From: Hydrolagus affinis
Taxonomy: Eukaryota
NCBI GenBank assembly: GCA_012026655.1
Contig: JAAILG010001475.1
Location: 1-64,000 of the forward strand
Direction of reading: 5' to 3'
DNA: 64,000 nt
Positions 12,347 through 24,695 of this stretch are shown one piece after another. The position numbers were made by a program, and so were the translations under genes. The notes below the pieces were generated by a model that saw nothing but the letters and a program-made list of their open reading frames with translations, had not been told where the DNA came from and searched no databases. The first letter of the stretch is position 1; each line of letters begins with the position of its first letter.

Positions 12347-12686
12347 GGAGCTCCTGTGGCTCAGTGGTTAGAGCATTTGTCTTGCAAGCTGGGGAGACCA
12401 AGCTGGGGAGACCTGTGTTCGAATCCAGGCAGGTCAGGGCGAAACATTGGGCAAGTTTCCTTACCCCCACATGCCTAATAATGCCTCAAAAAAAAACACA
12501 AAAATAAAATTGGTAATTTCAATCCACGACTGTTTGTGGGTCACTGCTGTGCGTAATTGGCTGCCGCGATTCGCCCACGAATATATACAATCAATTCACT
12601 TTACAGTATATTCTGTGAAGCACTTTGGGATGTCGATAAGATGTGAAAAGCGCTATATCAAATGCAAGGATTATTATTATTATTAT
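12347..12686 (+). mobile_element. Young tRNA-derived SINE, full length
   Basis: ggagctcctgtggctcagtggttagagc (A box), gttcgaatcc (B box), a 14-bp internal duplication aagctggggagacc, and an (ATT)n tail. Confidence 0.93.
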
Positions 12687-13389
12687 AGTGTGGCCCGCTG
12701 TGTTAATGTACAGTACTGATGTATTGCAACACAAAGTACTTCTGAGATAGTTGACACCAAATGCTGTCCAGAATTGGGTAAGTGGATGTGTCCCTCTAGG
12801 GATAGAGTGTGCCCTTCATTCCAGGCAAAAGGAAATTACTATACACAGGTGGAATGCATATAAAACTCCTTGTCTGCTTATGGTAATATTTCTGGGCTTC
12901 CACATGTGTCAGATACCTTGTTGACCAAATTAAAAATTTCCTTCCAAAGTAACCTAGGACCACATGCATCCCTGGCTTTACCAAGGTAACACTGTCTGAG
13001 CAAAACCGAGACCCGTTTAATTTCCACACTTACAAACCAAGCACAGATTGCACTCCCTAATCACGTTTTATCCTCTTTGTTTCAGGAACATAAAAGTTTT
13101 TTAAGCGAGAGCTGATATAAATATTGACAGAACACTGTAAGAAAGGGGTATAACGCTTGGGATGAAAGTGAACAGCTGGTCTGTGTAAAACAGGGGATTT
13201 GTTTAACATACACAGGCCAATAGAAAAATAAATTGATAAGCATTTTCTTTGTTGAAAACGCCATCAGATTTTTTTTTTTAAAAATCAAACCATGCCGCAA
13301 ATCAGCAAATGTTCTTTAATTTACTACAGCCTGACTGCTTTGTAAACACTTTATTCAGATTTGAAACAGCAAAGACTTTAATGCAGTCA

Positions 13390-13715
13390 CCCCACGATGC
13401 CAATTATAACATCACCGGTTGCATACATTCATTCGTTCATCTGCAATGAAGACAACAACCCACAGATGGGATCTGCACTACATAAGCACAGCCATAGGAA
13501 TGACTCGATTGTAACTGTGATTTGCTTTGGCAATTCTGTATTCAACGAGTTCCCTCTCACCTGGTGCAGCAGGTATGTGCAGTTCACCCAGTCCACCCAT
13601 TAACTGCTCATTACTGCTGTCAAACTTTATTGTTGCAAACATACGGGCAACTGCAATGGTTTTCTCATCAAAATCAGACTCCTTCACTGGACACAATGGA
13701 GCTTCCATTAGGACC
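13390..13715. promoter_or_regulatory. Candidate conserved non-coding element (overlaps a small ORF/candidate cryptic exon)
   Basis: Complex repeat-free sequence with cattaactgctcattactgctgtcaaac (homeodomain plus MEIS-type sites). Conservation not verified. Confidence 0.4.
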
Positions 13716-13763
13716 GTAGAAAAATTATTGTAGTGTTTTTGTTCAATATTATTGTAACTATTC

Positions 13764-13764
<1 letters not shown>

Positions 13765-13810
<46 letters not shown>

Positions 13811-13820
13811 AAACAAACAA
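13765..13820. repeat. Compound microsatellite (TC)n(AC)n(AAAC)n
   Basis: Directly visible. Confidence 0.95.
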
Positions 13821-16172
13821 AGCAAGAAAAAAAAGCCATTACTGTCCATCAACAGATGTCAATCAACTGGTGAGATTACTTACAGCTACCCTTATTGGTC
13901 AAGACGGCTGCCAATAATCATCAGCCCACTCTTAAAACCTGTCCAACCTCAAACAAATCACTGTCAGTCTTTTAACTCGCATGAATAATGCGGAGATTTT
14001 ATCCTCGACATTAATTTATGTACATATGCAATCTAAATATGGGAATAATCCGGTTAACGGCAACAGTAACGTCAGAATCCTTTAAGGTCCATGTTAATTC
14101 TTCCACCAGTTAAAATGACATATTGTTTACAGTTACAGTATTTTTTACAATCTTACACACAGCCCCAGAAAATACAGCAAAACCAATCAGTTTGATGAGT
14201 GACCTGCTGGGTTGACCTGAAGCGCAGAGCACAATACAATAAAGCTTTCTGGAATGAATATGTTCTCTCTCCTAAAATATAAGGAAGCCTTTTTAACAGA
14301 ATAGAGACGTGAAGTGCGGCATAGCTGCACTTTTTTATTAGTTGATTATTCATTCTCTCTTAACTGCTGACTTTCAGCAGAGTGCTGACCGTGCATAACC
14401 TACACAAGTAACTGACTCCCCTTCGACAGTCTTTAAGCAAACGTTACACTAATTTGTTCAGTTCATGTTCAATGAGGAATTGAGCAATACATCAGTTTAC
14501 AGGCGAGGTTGTCTTGCACTGCACTGCTGGCAGCAGGGCTCAATTGGCATTGACCAGCATTAATGAGTGACGGTGTAACGATTCCTCTCTAACAGCCAGC
14601 CGTTAGCCTTTGCACTCTGACATCACCTCCACCGAGATCACTGAGGCATTCCGGTTGGCATTCCCGGTGGCTGAACCGATGAATGGGTATCTGATCCGGA
14701 GAAGCTAAGCCTAACCTGAGCCGTCTACCTCCACGCAGAGGCCCGGCTTGTCAGAACAAAGCCCAAGTGTGTAAACGGGAATATTCCGCAAATTATGTTT
14801 TGTTTCAGAGCGTGTTTACATTGAACAAGTAAGACAGCTGAAAATGCTTCAATACCACCCAACCTAACACACCGTGTTACTTCAGTGAGACCTTCTGTGC
14901 TTGAAGTCTGCCACAGCTCACTTACAAACAGCAATTTCCAACACTAAAACATTTATTTATTCCGGTTCTACAGCTCTATAAAGCTTCCCTTGGAATGGAA
15001 CATGACTCCTTTTTTTCCCAAGGAATACAAAATATACTCCCAGCGAACAGTCACACTTTGACCCCTGTCACTGGAGGACTGACCTGGATGAGAACAGCTC
15101 CTTTTGAAAATCAGTGTCCCATAAAAGCCACAGCCAGCAATGTTTAACGTAAACACCAACATATTCAATTCAGTGTGCACTACTACTGTGTGTAGTCGCC
15201 CACAAATATACTGTCAATTCACTTGAAAATATACAATACGATTTCTACGGCATGTTTAATGACTGTTGGACACCTCTTCTTGGCACTTCCCACAGCTGGC
15301 TGGGGAGTGTTGTGGGGGGAATGACTGAAAGCACAGTCAAAGGGCCAAGTGTTAAGAATGTTACCGCAGTTGTCTATAGTGCCGTTATTATAATGCATAA
15401 TAATAATTATTATGTTAATAATTTCTCTTTGTCTGTTACTATCGGGATGATCATTTTTCAGTTAAGTAAATTTCCTGCCTTAATCCTGCAAGAATTCCAT
15501 TTGAAGGTTTTAGTTGCAAGCACACCATTTAATCGTAGTTTGAATTGATGGAAACTTTGTTTTGATCCATAGTTAAAAGCACAGAAAGATTTTTTTTTAA
15601 TCAGTGGGCAAGGATGGGTTAAGTACTTTATATATTTGTCTTATGGTAATTTCTGGGCAAAGGAACATAAAGTGTACAATAATTAAAATAATTAGCAGCA
15701 CGCCATCTGTGCCGGCAGGAACTTCAAGTAAATAAGTGTACGAGTGTAACAAATTTTAGATTTCCTTTAAAGCATCTTTCATTTAGTTATGACACCAAAA
15801 CGATACCATGGGGAGATGAAGACCAAAAGCGGTTTGAAGACGGCAGAGGGAAAAAAGTTAGACTTTAATAAGACTTTTTAAAAAATATTTGTTGCCAATA
15901 AGATACATTTTCATGTTGGTATTCAAAGCCTTCATTATGTGTACGTGAAAGAGTATCCTTCAATGCCAAAAAGTAATTTTGATAATTATTACATTCTAAT
16001 TCTTCTGTTCACCAACTTTCTTTTCAACAAAACAAATGGTTAGTAAAAAATAATTCGGAGCCCAAATCCCAGAGATGCTCCGCAAATCATTTATATTGCA
16101 AAGCAATAACTTTTATATTTAAAAAAATCGAAACAGTTCTTAGAAAAAGTATACTATTCCTGAAATATTGTA

Positions 16173-16366
16173 CCAATTGCGCACAGCAGTGTCCCACAAA
16201 CAGCTGTGGAATGAAATGACAAATTTATTAGTTTTTTTGGGGATGGATTATTATTAGGCGTATGGTGTGGAGTAAGGAAATTTGCCCATGGATTCGCCCT
16301 GACCTGCCTGGATTTGAAACACAGGTCTCACACTTGTAAGGCGAGTGCTCTAACCACTGAGCCACA
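16173..16366 (-). mobile_element. Young SINE, 5' two-thirds (tail missing)
   Basis: Head and body match the family; stops at ccaattgcgcac. Confidence 0.88.
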
Positions 16367-16484
16367 GCCAAGGATATGGGGAAAGAGCGGCGGAGTGGGA
16401 ATAACTGGGTAGTTCTTCCAAAGAGCCGACAAACGCACGATGGGCCGAATGGCCTCCTTCTGTGCTGTGTTATTCTACGATTCT
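16367..16484 (+). mobile_element. CR1-type 3' end
   Basis: ggatatggggaaagagcgg...gatgggccgaatggcctccttctgtgctgt followed by attctacgattcta terminal repeats. Confidence 0.8.
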
Positions 16485-16494
16485 AAAAATGATC

Positions 16495-16757
16495 CAGTTG
16501 GAATCTCTGCTCCTAAATTCGATCACCTCTACTGTAAAATAGCCTGGCGTGGACACTGAGTGAAATCAGGACGAGAGTTGCGCAGCGCGCCTCCTTGATC
16601 AAATGGTTGAAAAGCCTGCTGATGCTCACTGTCTAGGTTCAGCGTGAAGAATGGTCACTTAGACAAGGTACTGCAGGGCTCCTGGGATCCGGGGAACTGT
16701 ATCTCAGCACGAGTGAGGCCTCCAGGACACAAGGGAAGAAAATTGGCAAAAAAAAAT
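16495..16757 (+). mobile_element. Ancient SINE 3' half (AmnSINE2-like by recall)
   Basis: gcctgctgatgctcactgtctagg...gtgaagaatggtcactt...aggtactg...ggaactgtatctcagca...gaaaattggc(A)n; homologous to 25879-26245 (minus) and 62785-63083. Confidence 0.6.
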
Positions 16758-19306
16758 GCTGGATTTTTTTTTTTGCAAGTGTAAAACTGAAAGAGAACAA
16801 AAGCATAAAACATAGCATCTGTCATATCAGAATATAAAAAGATGATCCTGGCACGAAATGAAAAACCCTCTAATTCACTTGCAAATCAACCCTGCCAGTT
16901 CCATTTCAAGCTGGCCGCAACTGTCAGGAGTTAACAAGATAATCACTTTCAATCCTGCCTTCAATGGCACATTACACCCGTTATCCCATTCAATAGGCTC
17001 TCTCTTTGGGGCAAAGGATGAATACATTTCATTTAAAACTCACACAAAAAGTCACAGCAAAAATCCTTGGAGCTCAAGCAAGAAATCCCTTTATGGATAT
17101 TTATCTGACGGCACTTGCTACCAGACAGGGACAAGACTTTCTTACTACATCTGTGTCCACTTAGCATCTCTAGTGCTTTAGGCCTCATGGTTTACTGCTC
17201 TGAAAGCCTTTGGCATATACACTAAATAGCACATGTATGTGTGGCTACTACAAATCAGTTTTAAACACTGTGTAACTTTATATTGCATCGTGCTGATTGA
17301 AAAATTCACAGGAAATTTAAAAAGACTAAATTACATTAGAATTGGTAATCTTATTGAAAGGTTTATTCAAACAATATTTTATTATGGTTAAAAATGGGCA
17401 AACAAACAATATTTTTTTTAAAAAAGCAAAGATGTTCTTTCAATACAAATTCTATATTTTTTTCCTCCAAAATCCAGATACTTGTTTTGCTGGTGGTCAT
17501 AATGTTCCAATTTGCAGATTATGACTAAATATAGATTTCAAATGTATTATTTCACATATTCTCCAGTCATTGAATTCAAGCTTTTTACATCTCCCAATCA
17601 GACGAGTTTTGGGGCTGCAACTTCTCCAGTTGTTTCATCAGAACTTCTAATTCCATTTCTTCAATTGGTAAATGGAAACTTGGCACATTTTACCATAAGA
17701 AATATTAAAGGCATTTTATCAGCTCGCATTGGTCCCATTTAAAATCAGAGCTTCAGAAAAGATGATCTGTTAACTTAATATTCAAACTTTCAAATGGAAA
17801 ACTCAATGAGACAATACTGTGAAAACACAACTAAAGATAAGAAATTATGCTATGAAATTGTATACATATGCATGGACCAACGCTGTGTTCTGAGCAACCA
17901 AGTAGAGAGAGTGACACGAAAACTTCATTTCAGTCACTTTACTTTGTGAAAGGGCTGCCTTCCAGTTTAGTTACTTAATGAGTAAGTGCCACAAATAATG
18001 CTAATAATGTACGCAGATGCACATTATGCGGCAAGTGGAACGGTGTAATATAAAGAATAAGAGATACCCATGAGTTAGCCTAAAGGCTCTAATTTGATCA
18101 GCAGTGGTTCAGATAGTGGGAATTGCGTTTGTGCAGTTTACTGATGTGATCAGAACTTGTAAATTGAATTACACACCCCTCTCCAATATGTATTTTAAGT
18201 AACATTTGCTTGGATTGGGGATTAATTTGAAAAAGTAAAGTTTCGCATTTGCTCTCACTGCTATGGCTACTTTCTATGGGTGATAAAGTTCTTAATGTAT
18301 TTTGATTTTATGAGAAGGACTTGTAAATGGATGATGGCAGCGTGAAGAAAGGGGAGAAAAATCATACAATATTCTTCAGTCAGTTTATTGGGGGAAAAGT
18401 ACAAGTTACATCAAAGGTAAGCAAATGTAAAATTATTGATGAGAGAGTGTATAATGCATTATGATAAAATATATGGCAACTTTTTTCACATGTATGATGA
18501 GTGCAGAATATCGACACATCTGCAAAATTCAAGAGAGCATATTTGCAAAATTTTAAATGTAAAGAGAATTTGGTGGACAAAACAGGAACAGAATTTGTGA
18601 TGACCTGATAATCGTCAAACTCCTAAGCAAAGCCAGCTCGATCAGATGATTCAGTTGGTAAAGTGATTGTTTCATGTGAAAATGAGTTGAGGCCTATGTT
18701 AGTGAGCTGAGTGAGCCCCAGGTAGCATTGCAACAGAAACAGTACAAATTGTCTTGTGTTTCATTGACTGGAAGGAAGGGGAACAGAACGACTAAGGTTA
18801 CCACCTCTTTAACTTTCTTTTCAAAATGCTACAATAATACAAACGTCACGAAGTTTGAACAAAGTGCCATGAGTTCAAGACTAACAGAGGTGGTTTGTAT
18901 TTGCTAAACACAACTTTTTTTTAATGTAACAGGAAGATATAACCGAATAGGAGTTATTCAACCTAAGTTTTTTTTGCCATTAAAAATCTGAGAAAAATCA
19001 GAACATGACTGTTTGAACAGGAATGATTTTGTAACCTAAACCAGTCCAAGTTGTGTTTCCTTGGACATGTTCAGGTTTGTCTTACCTGCATTTGCTTGCT
19101 CTCCTCAATCTAATCAGCCTATCACATCAGTTCTGAGAGGTCATACCATAAATGTTAACAAACATTCTTAGGTGCAGATCGGCATTGAATTATTTCAATT
19201 GATTTCTTTGTGGATTTCTCTCAAATTATTTTAATTTCTGATGTTCATCATTCGGATTTCTGTTTTACTTAATGTTTCAGCGCTCCGAGATGCTATCCGG
19301 CGTGAA

Positions 19307-19515
19307 TAATAATAATCCCTCAAAAAAACAATAATAAATTGGTCATTTCAATCCATGACTGCTTGTGGGACACTGCTGTGCACAATCGGCTGCTGGGTTT
19401 AGCCCACAAATATATAGTCAATTCACTTTACAGTACATTCTGTGAAGCGTTTTGAGACGTCTAGAAGACATGAAAAGCACTATATCGAATGCAAGGTTTA
19501 TTATTATTATTATTA
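19307..19515 (+). mobile_element. Young SINE, 5'-truncated
   Basis: Body and tail of the family, preceded by an L2 family-B tail remnant at ~19278-19306. Confidence 0.88.
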
Positions 19516-22247
19516 CGGTTTGATATAAATGCAAACGGTATGCAAAACTTTGCCATAAACTGAGTTTGCAACAGATAAAAAAAAGGAGTGTCAGAGGACA
19601 TAAATCTGAAATGTTGTACATTTTACAACATGCTAAATCCCAGGCTTGTCTCTGAAGCCGACAATAGAACACTTATTTCCTACACACAATTTGTTCGGCT
19701 GAACAATGAGAACGTTAAACTTATCAGAATTGCTGTTTTCTCTTGTTAGATTTTTGTGGTTCAGTAAGTGACACATCAAAAAAAACATTCTGTAGATAAT
19801 GAGGCTCTTAAACTGAAAGTTAATGAAGCTTCAAAGAGGAACAAAAGCTCACGTGGAAACGAACATTCAGCAGTTAAACCCTGCTGATCTCCCTTCCACC
19901 AAACTCTCCTGCGATCAAGGCTTTTTTTTAAATCCGAAATTAACCAAAAAAAGCAAAACATACGGTCGGTCACAAACACCGGGCTTCTTTGCAAGCTCAG
20001 GCCTCAGCCCTGTTCAGCTGCACCACGAGGGATGATCTATGGCCATTAAGAGCTAATTTGAATAATCAATATGACACCTTATTTTTTTGATGCAAACAGG
20101 ATTGCTACAGCAAGGTGTCTGACCGTCACATCACAGTCATGGCCCACTTTAACCTCTAATTAGATTTAGGTGATTATCCCTTCACTCTCTTACAAGTGTA
20201 TAGCCTGGATAAGCAGTGACAAAGGGTATCTGTTACTTATGCTGCTTTCGCAGGCTGCAGGTTATCCAGGGAGATAGGGCGAGATCATGGAAACAATTGT
20301 TATTCATATCATCTACAGTTTTAGGATAGTCAGTTTTCAGCAGAAATAACTGAAAAATGGCCCAGAGCACTTGGCAAATGAGGCCTGTTTCAGGACATCA
20401 GGGTTATACAAATGCAAATCCAAGGTGAAACACAAAGAAAATAATCCAAAACTGATTTTTTTTTCCTCCTTGAGACAGGCGCATCCAGAATAGAGTTCCA
20501 GTGAAGCTTCATCTATTCCTGTACACATGTATACATTTGCCATGGCCTTATAGAAAAGTATGATATCAGTGCGAACAGTTTAAAAATCACAATGTTTTCA
20601 AAGACTGGCAATTATCCTGTTGAACAGAATTATAACGGGCTACAAAAGGTGCTCAATCTATTTTCTCTTCCCACGTTCAGTAAGAATCCTGTATTAACTG
20701 CTCTGCTTCAAAGGTCATTACAATTCTGATAAATTCATTAACTTTTTATTTTGTTGTTGCCTTTTTGAAAGAATGCCTAAAAAATCTGTTGTTTCCGATG
20801 CCATGCAAGATGAAACACTTCTACTTCAAGAAAATTTGAAAAAGTATTTTATTTTAAAATGTAACCTTGATGTGAAGGTTCTATATTCTATTTCAAATAT
20901 GGTTGAAAGCAGCAACCACATAAATACCAACCTTCACATCAAACTGGATAACTGCCGTGAGGAAAAAGAACTACTAAAATCTACAGCTTGTAGGTTTTTG
21001 GGTGGTTTAAATTGCTCATTGTGAACTGGATGCTGGAAAGCTAAAAATATTGAAATCAATTTGTGCTCGATAACATTTTTCCGGACATTCCCAATCAATG
21101 TCACCTTTGTCCACCTCAACTTTGCACTAGGTAACTGCTCAAAATTGAACGATTATCGTTTTTCAAAATTAAGGAATATTCTTGTTACTTTTTTAAAATC
21201 CTTTTGAGGAACGAATAGGCATTGAAATGTTTCACCTACAAATTTCTCTATCTTCCCCCCAAATACAAAGCCCACTGTTTTCTTCATGGTAGAAAAGGAA
21301 TGTATATAACCTTGTAGCACACTGTTTGCAAGAAAGTGTTTTCTGCTTCATTGCATGACCATTAGCCCAAGAGAGATCTATACCTGTGTAACACCAATTA
21401 GCTCTTTGATAACATTGAAAAATCATTTCTTTAAAACTTTAATTCTTGGAAGGTCAAATAGACCAGTTGGGAATGGAATCACAATTGATTTGTGTCCACT
21501 GTGCTCAAACTCCTGTGGTGCAAATCAAAGCACTGCCTGAAAAAGATCTCAATAGCCTGACTCCTGGGTAATTCACCTTTGAATTATGGTGTTTAACCAA
21601 GATTTATGTTGCACTTCACCATGAACAGCATTAAATACACAGGGTATTTTTCTACAATAAAGTTTGGGTGAGGGCGAATTGGAAACATAAATGGGTCTAT
21701 TGTAAATTTTAGCCTTATGCTTCTATACACAAAATTGTCACACTCACATCCTTAATTCACCCTTTAACATCCATTATTCCACCTTCTTCCTTTTGGGTAA
21801 CTTGTCTCCCTTCATTATCTCCCAACTCACCCACACACATGTTTTCCGACAAGCACGTGTGTGTCGGTGATGTAGTCTAAAGCCTCTGCATGCTCAATCC
21901 AAGCCAAAGAATGTGATGTGTACAAAGGTGGTGAACACTGATTCACTTTGAAAAGAGTGAGAATTGCAAAGAAGCATCGATGCAGTTGTTTTCTACCGAT
22001 GACCATGCATTATTGCATAATCGAAAGAATAGCATATCTGAGCAAGCCTACGGAAAATGGACTTTGGAATGGTATAATTATATGAAGATGTGAGCAGCAA
22101 TATAGTTTGATATCACATCGACTTGTTATGCTCCACACAGTGACGTCTCAAGGCGCTTCAGGAGATATACAGTACTGTAAAGTAGATTGACAGTGGATTT
22201 GGTGGGTGAATTACAAAAATGAAATGGTTGAAGGAATCAAACATTTA

Positions 22248-22500
22248 GATGAGACATTAAACCGTGGCTCTGTCTTCTTGTCCAGGTGGATGTTAAAAAT
22301 CCCACTGCACTGCACGGAAGAAGACGGTTTCTCCCAGCTTACTGACTAACATTCCTCTAGATAAAAATCGGTCACTGAGCTGTTTGTGGGACATTGCTGT
22401 GCGTATATTGGTTGTCTCATTCGCTCACAAATTGCACTCTCTCACGCACACTTTACAGGATATCCTCCAAAGCGCTTTGAGACATCTCAACAATGTGATA
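22248..22500 (+). mobile_element. Old Deu-domain SINE
   Basis: gatgagacattaaaccgtggc...caggtggatgttaaaaatccca...tgtttgtgggacattgctgtgcg...aaagcgctttgagacatc. Confidence 0.75.
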
Positions 22501-22963
22501 ATTGTCAAATACAATAATCGTTATGATATTCAACATGGCAAAAAACTGAAAGAGGAAATAAAATGCCATGAAAAACATCATCCTGGGCCTCAAAATGTTT
22601 CAGCGCGAGCATAACACCCATGTTCTAGCAAGACTAAAAAAAACTGCTCATCAAAGAATCAATAACAATAAACTCTAAACAAAAATCACTGATAAAATCT
22701 ACTTGCAGTGATGTACTTGCAGCCACCCAGAAGGTCAAAATTGAGAACCGGCAGTCCAGAACGAAAATGAGACCACTCAATCAAGCTGTCTGCGTCTAAT
22801 TACAAGCTCCGTATACCTGAACATCCTCTATTGTTCAACAAGTTATTGGGTGAGATTCTGCAGCAGCTGAAGCAATAGAAATACAACTAAAGTGTTTTCT
22901 TCTTCACAGATTTACACTTCAGGAAAATAATATTAAAAAAAAGGTCAAGGCGAAAGTCTCCTT

Positions 22964-23280
22964 TAATAATAATAATCCTTGCATTTGATATAGCACTTTT
23001 CACATCTTCTAGACGTCTTAAAGCGCTTCACAGAATATACTGTAAAGTGAATTGTCTATATATTTGTGGGCGAAACATGGCAGCCAATTGTGCACAGCTG
23101 TATCCCACAAACAGTCATGGATTGAAATGACCAATTTATTATTGTTTTTCTGTTGAGGGATGATTATCAGGCATGTGGAGTAAGGAAACTTGCCCAAGGT
23201 TTCGCCCTGGCCTGCCTGGATTTGAACACAGGTTTCACACTGGTAAGGCAAGTGCTCCAATCACTGTGCTACAGGACTCC
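22964..23280 (-). mobile_element. Young SINE, full length
   Basis: Complete family consensus from the ggagtcctgt head to the (ATT)n tail. Confidence 0.93.
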
Positions 23281-24514
23281 TTTGAATGTTTGTTGCACTG
23301 ATCTTGTGCAGCACACTGCACAAGATCTTATTTTTTGTGTATACAATCACAAGAACCCATCCAATCTGAAACCCCGAGATGTGGCATTTTTGAACAAGTG
23401 TATGGAAAGTGGGCTTTGGGATTGTATAACTGTATTTAAAGTGTGAGCTATAAAAGAGTTTTATGCCTTTTATACTTCACTGAACCAATTAAGTCATAAA
23501 CATAAAGTATCAATGGCAACTAAAATAATTCTGATAGAATGGATTATTCTATCAGTTCATGGCATTCACCTAAAAAACAATAATTCCTATATACAGTGTA
23601 TCTTGTGAAGTTCTTTGAGTTGTTCTCCCAACATGAAAGGTGCTGTAACAAATATAAACTATTCTGAAGTCTTTATAACCAACTCAAGTTTAACAGAATA
23701 CAATATCCTACCACCTAATTACCATCCTCCGTGTGACAAAATGTATTGCTGCTGTTGTACTGACTGTCCCTGACAGTCCAGTGCTTTGGGACATCCTCCC
23801 AATATAAATATGTAATTTTGTATAGTATTCTATTACAACGAAAAACAAATTGTCTCGACAAATATCCTCAGTTGGACCTAAATCATAATGCAATAATAAT
23901 AAATATAATATATATTTTTAAAAGTCCCTTTCCAAAGAGGCAGGTAGAATTGAGAGAAGCAATGGTTAGGGATAGTCTTGAGCAAAAAAAAAAGCAGATG
24001 TGATTTAAGTACTTCTCTGAACACATTCCAAACATAATAAGTTGGGCTCAACACCCTGTGCAGGAAACCCAATTATACGACAGATAGAGAGAACTGCCAA
24101 TGTCTTCAAGGAAGAACATGGGTTCAAATTGATCAGATCAGCTACAGGTCCCAGATGACACAGGTGAATCAATGAAAGATTTAAACCTCCAGACCCTTTG
24201 TGAACCTGAATGCCTTTGGATGCTCTTCAATGAAACTTTCCAGCAAGAGACAGTACAGTATGGTTGTTACATGAACCATTAATTTTGCGAGATCACAAGA
24301 AGCCCAGCACGAGAAAGGATTTCAGATACGAAATTCAAATACAAGTGGTTGAAAAATATGCCACGAAACAATACAAAGTCACTTGGTTTCTTAAAAATTA
24401 AGTTGTCGTGGCTTTTTAACATGGTTTCCACAAAGTATTTAAATAGTTAATAGCAGCTCCCAGTAGTGTGGTTACAGATACTAACAGTTTTATTTTCTAA
24501 TCAAATATCCTGTT

Positions 24515-24610
24515 CAGTCAATGCAAACCATTTATTCTGTGAAGTGCTTCAAGGCGTCTCAAAGAAGTGATAAGGCACTATATCAAACGCAAGGCTTATT
24601 ATTATTATTA
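24515..24610 (+). mobile_element. SINE 3' fragment
   Basis: attctgtgaagtgcttcaaggcgtctc...ctatatcaaacgcaagg(ctt/att)n. Confidence 0.75.
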
Positions 24611-24627
24611 ACAACATCAATACAAGG

Positions 24628-24695
24628 ACGTGAATTAATACCTTATTATTTTATGAATTAATACCTGATTAACGTGAATTAATACATTATTATTT
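24628..24695. repeat. Short local direct repeats (3 x tgaattaatac)
   Basis: acgtgaattaatac(c/a)ttattattt occurs twice with a partial third copy between. Confidence 0.8.

Noticed and set aside
19995-20025. Minus-strand GCT GAA CAG resembling the next RSRC1 exon (PAEQAK)
   Set aside because: Followed by GGC TGA, wrong order relative to the 37-nt exon and no splice sites; the real exon must lie left of the window.
23018-23260. Recurrent ORFs with GETLGKFPYS / [11 protein letters not shown] motifs (also 3827, 12447, 29106, 32543, 37913, 41163)
   Set aside because: Translations of the non-coding SINE consensus, not a protein family.
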